Shown here piece by piece: positions 44,203-46,529 of a stretch of DNA of 46,529 nt; positions within the stretch are counted from its first letter, which is position 1; the number at the start of each line of letters is the position of its first letter. The translations under genes were made by a program, and so were the position numbers. Under the pieces are notes generated by a model. The model was not told the DNA's origin. It made no database searches and saw only the letters and a program-made list of their open reading frames with translations. This stretch comes from a virus (lineage: Duplodnaviria; Caudoviricetes): the IMG/VR virus record IMGVR_UViG_3300046062_000023, positions 1 through 46,529 of that record; one strand, given 5' to 3'.

Positions 44203-44806
44203 GAGCACTCCCCGCGAGCGCCTTGAGAGGTCGCTGAAGAGTCCGTACCCAGCGAACGACGAGGTCTGGAACGCGCTGCTGACAGCCTTCGCCAACCAGT
44301 TCGAGGAACTTGAAGCCGCGCGTAACGAGGTCCTCGCGTCGAAGTTCGTCACCGACGCCACCGACGACCAGCTCGACAAGCTGGCGACGATCTTCGAGGT
44401 CGACCGTCGCCGAGGCGAGCCCGACGCGATCTTCCGGGCGCGCCTCCAGGTCGCGCTGCGCGCGCAGCTGACGTCGGCGACCGTCGACGAGATTCAGGCG
44501 GTGATTGCGACCCTCCTGGACATCGAGGAGACCGCCGTTGGAATCGAGGAGCCGTACGACCGGGAGCCGATGCACATCAACGTCGCGCTCGACTCGGACG
44601 CGCTGGCTGACCTGGAGATGAACGACGAGGAGTTCATCGACGTCGTCGACACAGTGGTCGCGATCGGCGTCTCGGTCGGCCTGCTCCTCGAGGTCGAGAT
44701 CCCCGAAGAGATCGGCGTCGCCGACGAGGTGTCGCCGCAGATCGACACGGTCGCGACGGCGGTCTGGAACGAGGGCCGCTGGAATATCGATACCGTGGGA
44801 AACTGA
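44195..44806 (+). CDS. Baseplate wedge protein (gpI-like)
   Basis: ATDDQLDKLA..R..GEPD..FRARL. Confidence 0.7.
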   Translation: MSESTPRERLERSLKSPYPANDEVWNALLTAFANQFEELEAARNEVLASKFVTDATDDQLDKLATIFEVDRRRGEPDAIFRARLQVALRAQLTSATVDEIQAVIATLLDIEETAVGIEEPYDREPMHINVALDSDALADLEMNDEEFIDVVDTVVAIGVSVGLLLEVEIPEEIGVADEVSPQIDTVATAVWNEGRWNIDTVGN

Positions 44807-44810
44807 CACC

Positions 44811-45410
44811 ATGATAGCCGCAGATACCACGGCTGGCCTCGTCGACAACGTCGAGGTCCAGCTCTACGAGACAGACGAACTGACCGACCGGCTCCCCGAC
44901 TGGGAAGCGATGAGCGCTCGCGAGCAACTGCGAGCCCTCGACGGCCTCGACCCGGTGGAGACGATCACAGCGCACAACCTCACGACGCTGGACTACCGGA
45001 CGCACCTCGCGTCGCTGCTGAACCGAGGCGTCAACGTCGAGCCGGTCGAAGCAACCCACATCGCCTTCGGGAGCGACGACACGCTCCCCCAAGACGACTA
45101 CGAGGGCGACGACGAGCTCGGCGCGGAGAACTACCGGACCGAGATCGACGACGTCCAGCAGGACGACGATGTCCTGCAAACCATCACGCTGCTCGGAGCC
45201 GACGACGCCGTCGGTTTCAACCTCCGAGAGGCGGGGCTGGTCACAGCCTCGAACCCCGACCCGGCCGGGGGCCAAGACCTCCTCGTGAACCGCGTCGTCC
45301 TCGTCGATAAAGAGGGTCGCCTGGAGCCGAAGACGACCGACCACGCGCTGCGCGTTCGGGTGGACATCATCTACCGGGACGTCAGCGACAACACCGAGGT
45401 GAGCACATGA
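44811..45410 (+). CDS. Baseplate / fibre attachment protein
   Basis: HIAFGSD..L..E..R; LREAGL. Confidence 0.6.
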   Translation: MIAADTTAGLVDNVEVQLYETDELTDRLPDWEAMSAREQLRALDGLDPVETITAHNLTTLDYRTHLASLLNRGVNVEPVEATHIAFGSDDTLPQDDYEGDDELGAENYRTEIDDVQQDDDVLQTITLLGADDAVGFNLREAGLVTASNPDPAGGQDLLVNRVVLVDKEGRLEPKTTDHALRVRVDIIYRDVSDNTEVST

Positions 45411-46024
45411 CCGACCGCGTGCAGCCCGGCGCGAAGGGCTCGATCACCCGGAACATCGAAGTCGGCGAGGCAGTCGGCCAGTACGCCGACGGCTGGATCG
45501 TCCCCGGCGACGAGCCGACGCGGTCGGCCCAGCGGTACACCGACGTCGACGACGCGGCGCTCGCGGCGTTCGACGCGGTCCACGACGGGGCGAGCCTCTC
45601 TGTGGACATCCAGCCCGGCGAGGCGTTCGTCGACGGCTGGCTCGCCCGCGACGTCGTGACGACGATCGATCTCGAGCCCAACACCGCGGGCCAGGACGTC
45701 GCGATCGGGTGGAACCCGGACGCGGTGTACGACGAGGGCCTCCACGCGACGCGAGACGACGCCGACCAGGCGATCGTCGACCTCGCCACCGCGATCGACG
45801 CGGACGACCCGCAGGTAGCCATCTGGCGGTTCGACACGGACGCCAACGGCGTGACGAACGCCGTCAACCTTCGGCACGTCGGGCCGGCGCTGCAGGCGGA
45901 GTCGATTATGGTGCTCCCGAAATACGCGACGCTGGACGATGTCCCGCCGCCGGAGGCGCGGCCGACGGCGTCGGTCTACTGGATCGAGGCAGAAGACGAG
46001 GCGTACGTCGAGAACGGTGAGTAA
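45407..46024 (+). CDS. Tail fibre N-terminal (baseplate-anchor) domain protein
   Basis: IQPGEAFVDGW..GWNPD..IWRFDTD; resembles my recollection of the phiCh1 fibre N-terminus. Confidence 0.6.
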   Translation: MTDRVQPGAKGSITRNIEVGEAVGQYADGWIVPGDEPTRSAQRYTDVDDAALAAFDAVHDGASLSVDIQPGEAFVDGWLARDVVTTIDLEPNTAGQDVAIGWNPDAVYDEGLHATRDDADQAIVDLATAIDADDPQVAIWRFDTDANGVTNAVNLRHVGPALQAESIMVLPKYATLDDVPPPEARPTASVYWIEAEDEAYVENGE

Positions 46025-46029
46025 CTACC

Positions 46030-46239
46030 ATGACGATGACACCACTCAGCGGCATCAAATCGCCGCTGTACGACGCGAGTGAACTGGCAGAGAAGCAAGA
46101 CCACTGGTACCGGATGTTCAACGGCCGCGGGGACTTCCACGAGCTGCTGATGGAGTACGACGACACCGCGGACGAGATCACCAGCAACGAGTACGCGATG
46201 CGCGCGACGATGCACCTCGACCTGGAGGAGTCACAGTAA
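46030..46239 (+). CDS. Small hypothetical tail-associated protein
   Basis: Acidic 69-aa ORF in the operon. Confidence 0.6.
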   Translation: MTMTPLSGIKSPLYDASELAEKQDHWYRMFNGRGDFHELLMEYDDTADEITSNEYAMRATMHLDLEESQ

Positions 46240-46240
46240 C

Positions 46241-46529
46241 ATGTCACGCTTCGATGAAAAACCGGGAGCGCCGAAGTCGCCACTGAACAGCTTCCTCAGC
46301 AGCGATCGCTACGTCGGCCAGGGCCTCGCCACCTACGGCGGCCTCGACCACGCCATCCTCGACCAGCACGCGACGATCGAGGACGTCGACAACGACGTCG
46401 ACGCGGTTGCGGAGGTCGCCTCCGACGACGACACGCTCTTCGCTGTCGGCCGCTCGCACTGGGGCGTCGACAACCCGAATCTCGCCGACGAAGTCGCAAC
46501 AAGCAGCCCGGTGATGGATAGGGTCAGCG
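46241..46529 (+). CDS. Probable tail fibre/adhesin, 3'-truncated by the window
   Basis: MSRFDEKPG... open to the window end; ends VATSSPVMDRVS, similar to MDAV-type fibre repeats. Confidence 0.55.
   Translation, partial: MSRFDEKPGAPKSPLNSFLSSDRYVGQGLATYGGLDHAILDQHATIEDVDNDVDAVAEVASDDDTLFAVGRSHWGVDNPNLADEVATSSPVMDRVS

Larger units (their letters stand above)
1..46529. mobile_element. Haloarchaeal temperate myovirus (phiCh1/phiH1/ChaoS9-like organisation), probably a plasmid-type prophage; incomplete at both ends
   Basis: Complete terminase-portal-capsid-sheath-TMP-baseplate order; TA-int-parA-repressor-PCNA-MTase order; acidic proteome; no host housekeeping genes. Confidence 0.92.

Noticed and set aside
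1-46529. Many long antisense and alternate-frame ORFs (e.g. 34637-36367 -, 42922-44379 -, 4141-5187 +)
   Set aside because: Shadow ORFs expected from high GC and strong codon bias; no motifs, and they overlap well-supported genes

Overview
High-GC sequence encoding acidic proteins, consistent with most of a haloarchaeal temperate myovirus. Gene order resembles the phiCh1/phiH1/ChaoS9 group (recalled from the literature, not searched). 1-7.4 kb is a plasmid-prophage maintenance and immunity region: RHH/PIN toxin-antitoxin pair, tyrosine recombinase with an adjacent lox/dif-like 12-8-12 site, ParA plus a small partner, a phiH1-type repressor, and a putative replication locus with four abutting GC hairpins and a small wHTH gene but no recognisable Rep. 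7.6-19.3 kb is an early/middle operon: PadR, PCNA, MazG-like, DUF4326, many CxxC proteins and three methyltransferase-fold genes. 19.5 kb to the end is the late region: HNH, two TerS-like genes around a ParB-MTase, TerL, portal, head, neck, contractile tail, tape measure, baseplate and the start of the fibres. The most unusual signals are three non-canonical tRNA-like elements between late genes, two families of dispersed inverted repeats, a leader motif shared by the two main operons, PIP-box-like ends on proteins of the PCNA operon, and a C-terminal motif shared by the two TerS-like proteins. No host genes, att pair or CRISPR array are visible. All calls are from motif reading by eye.
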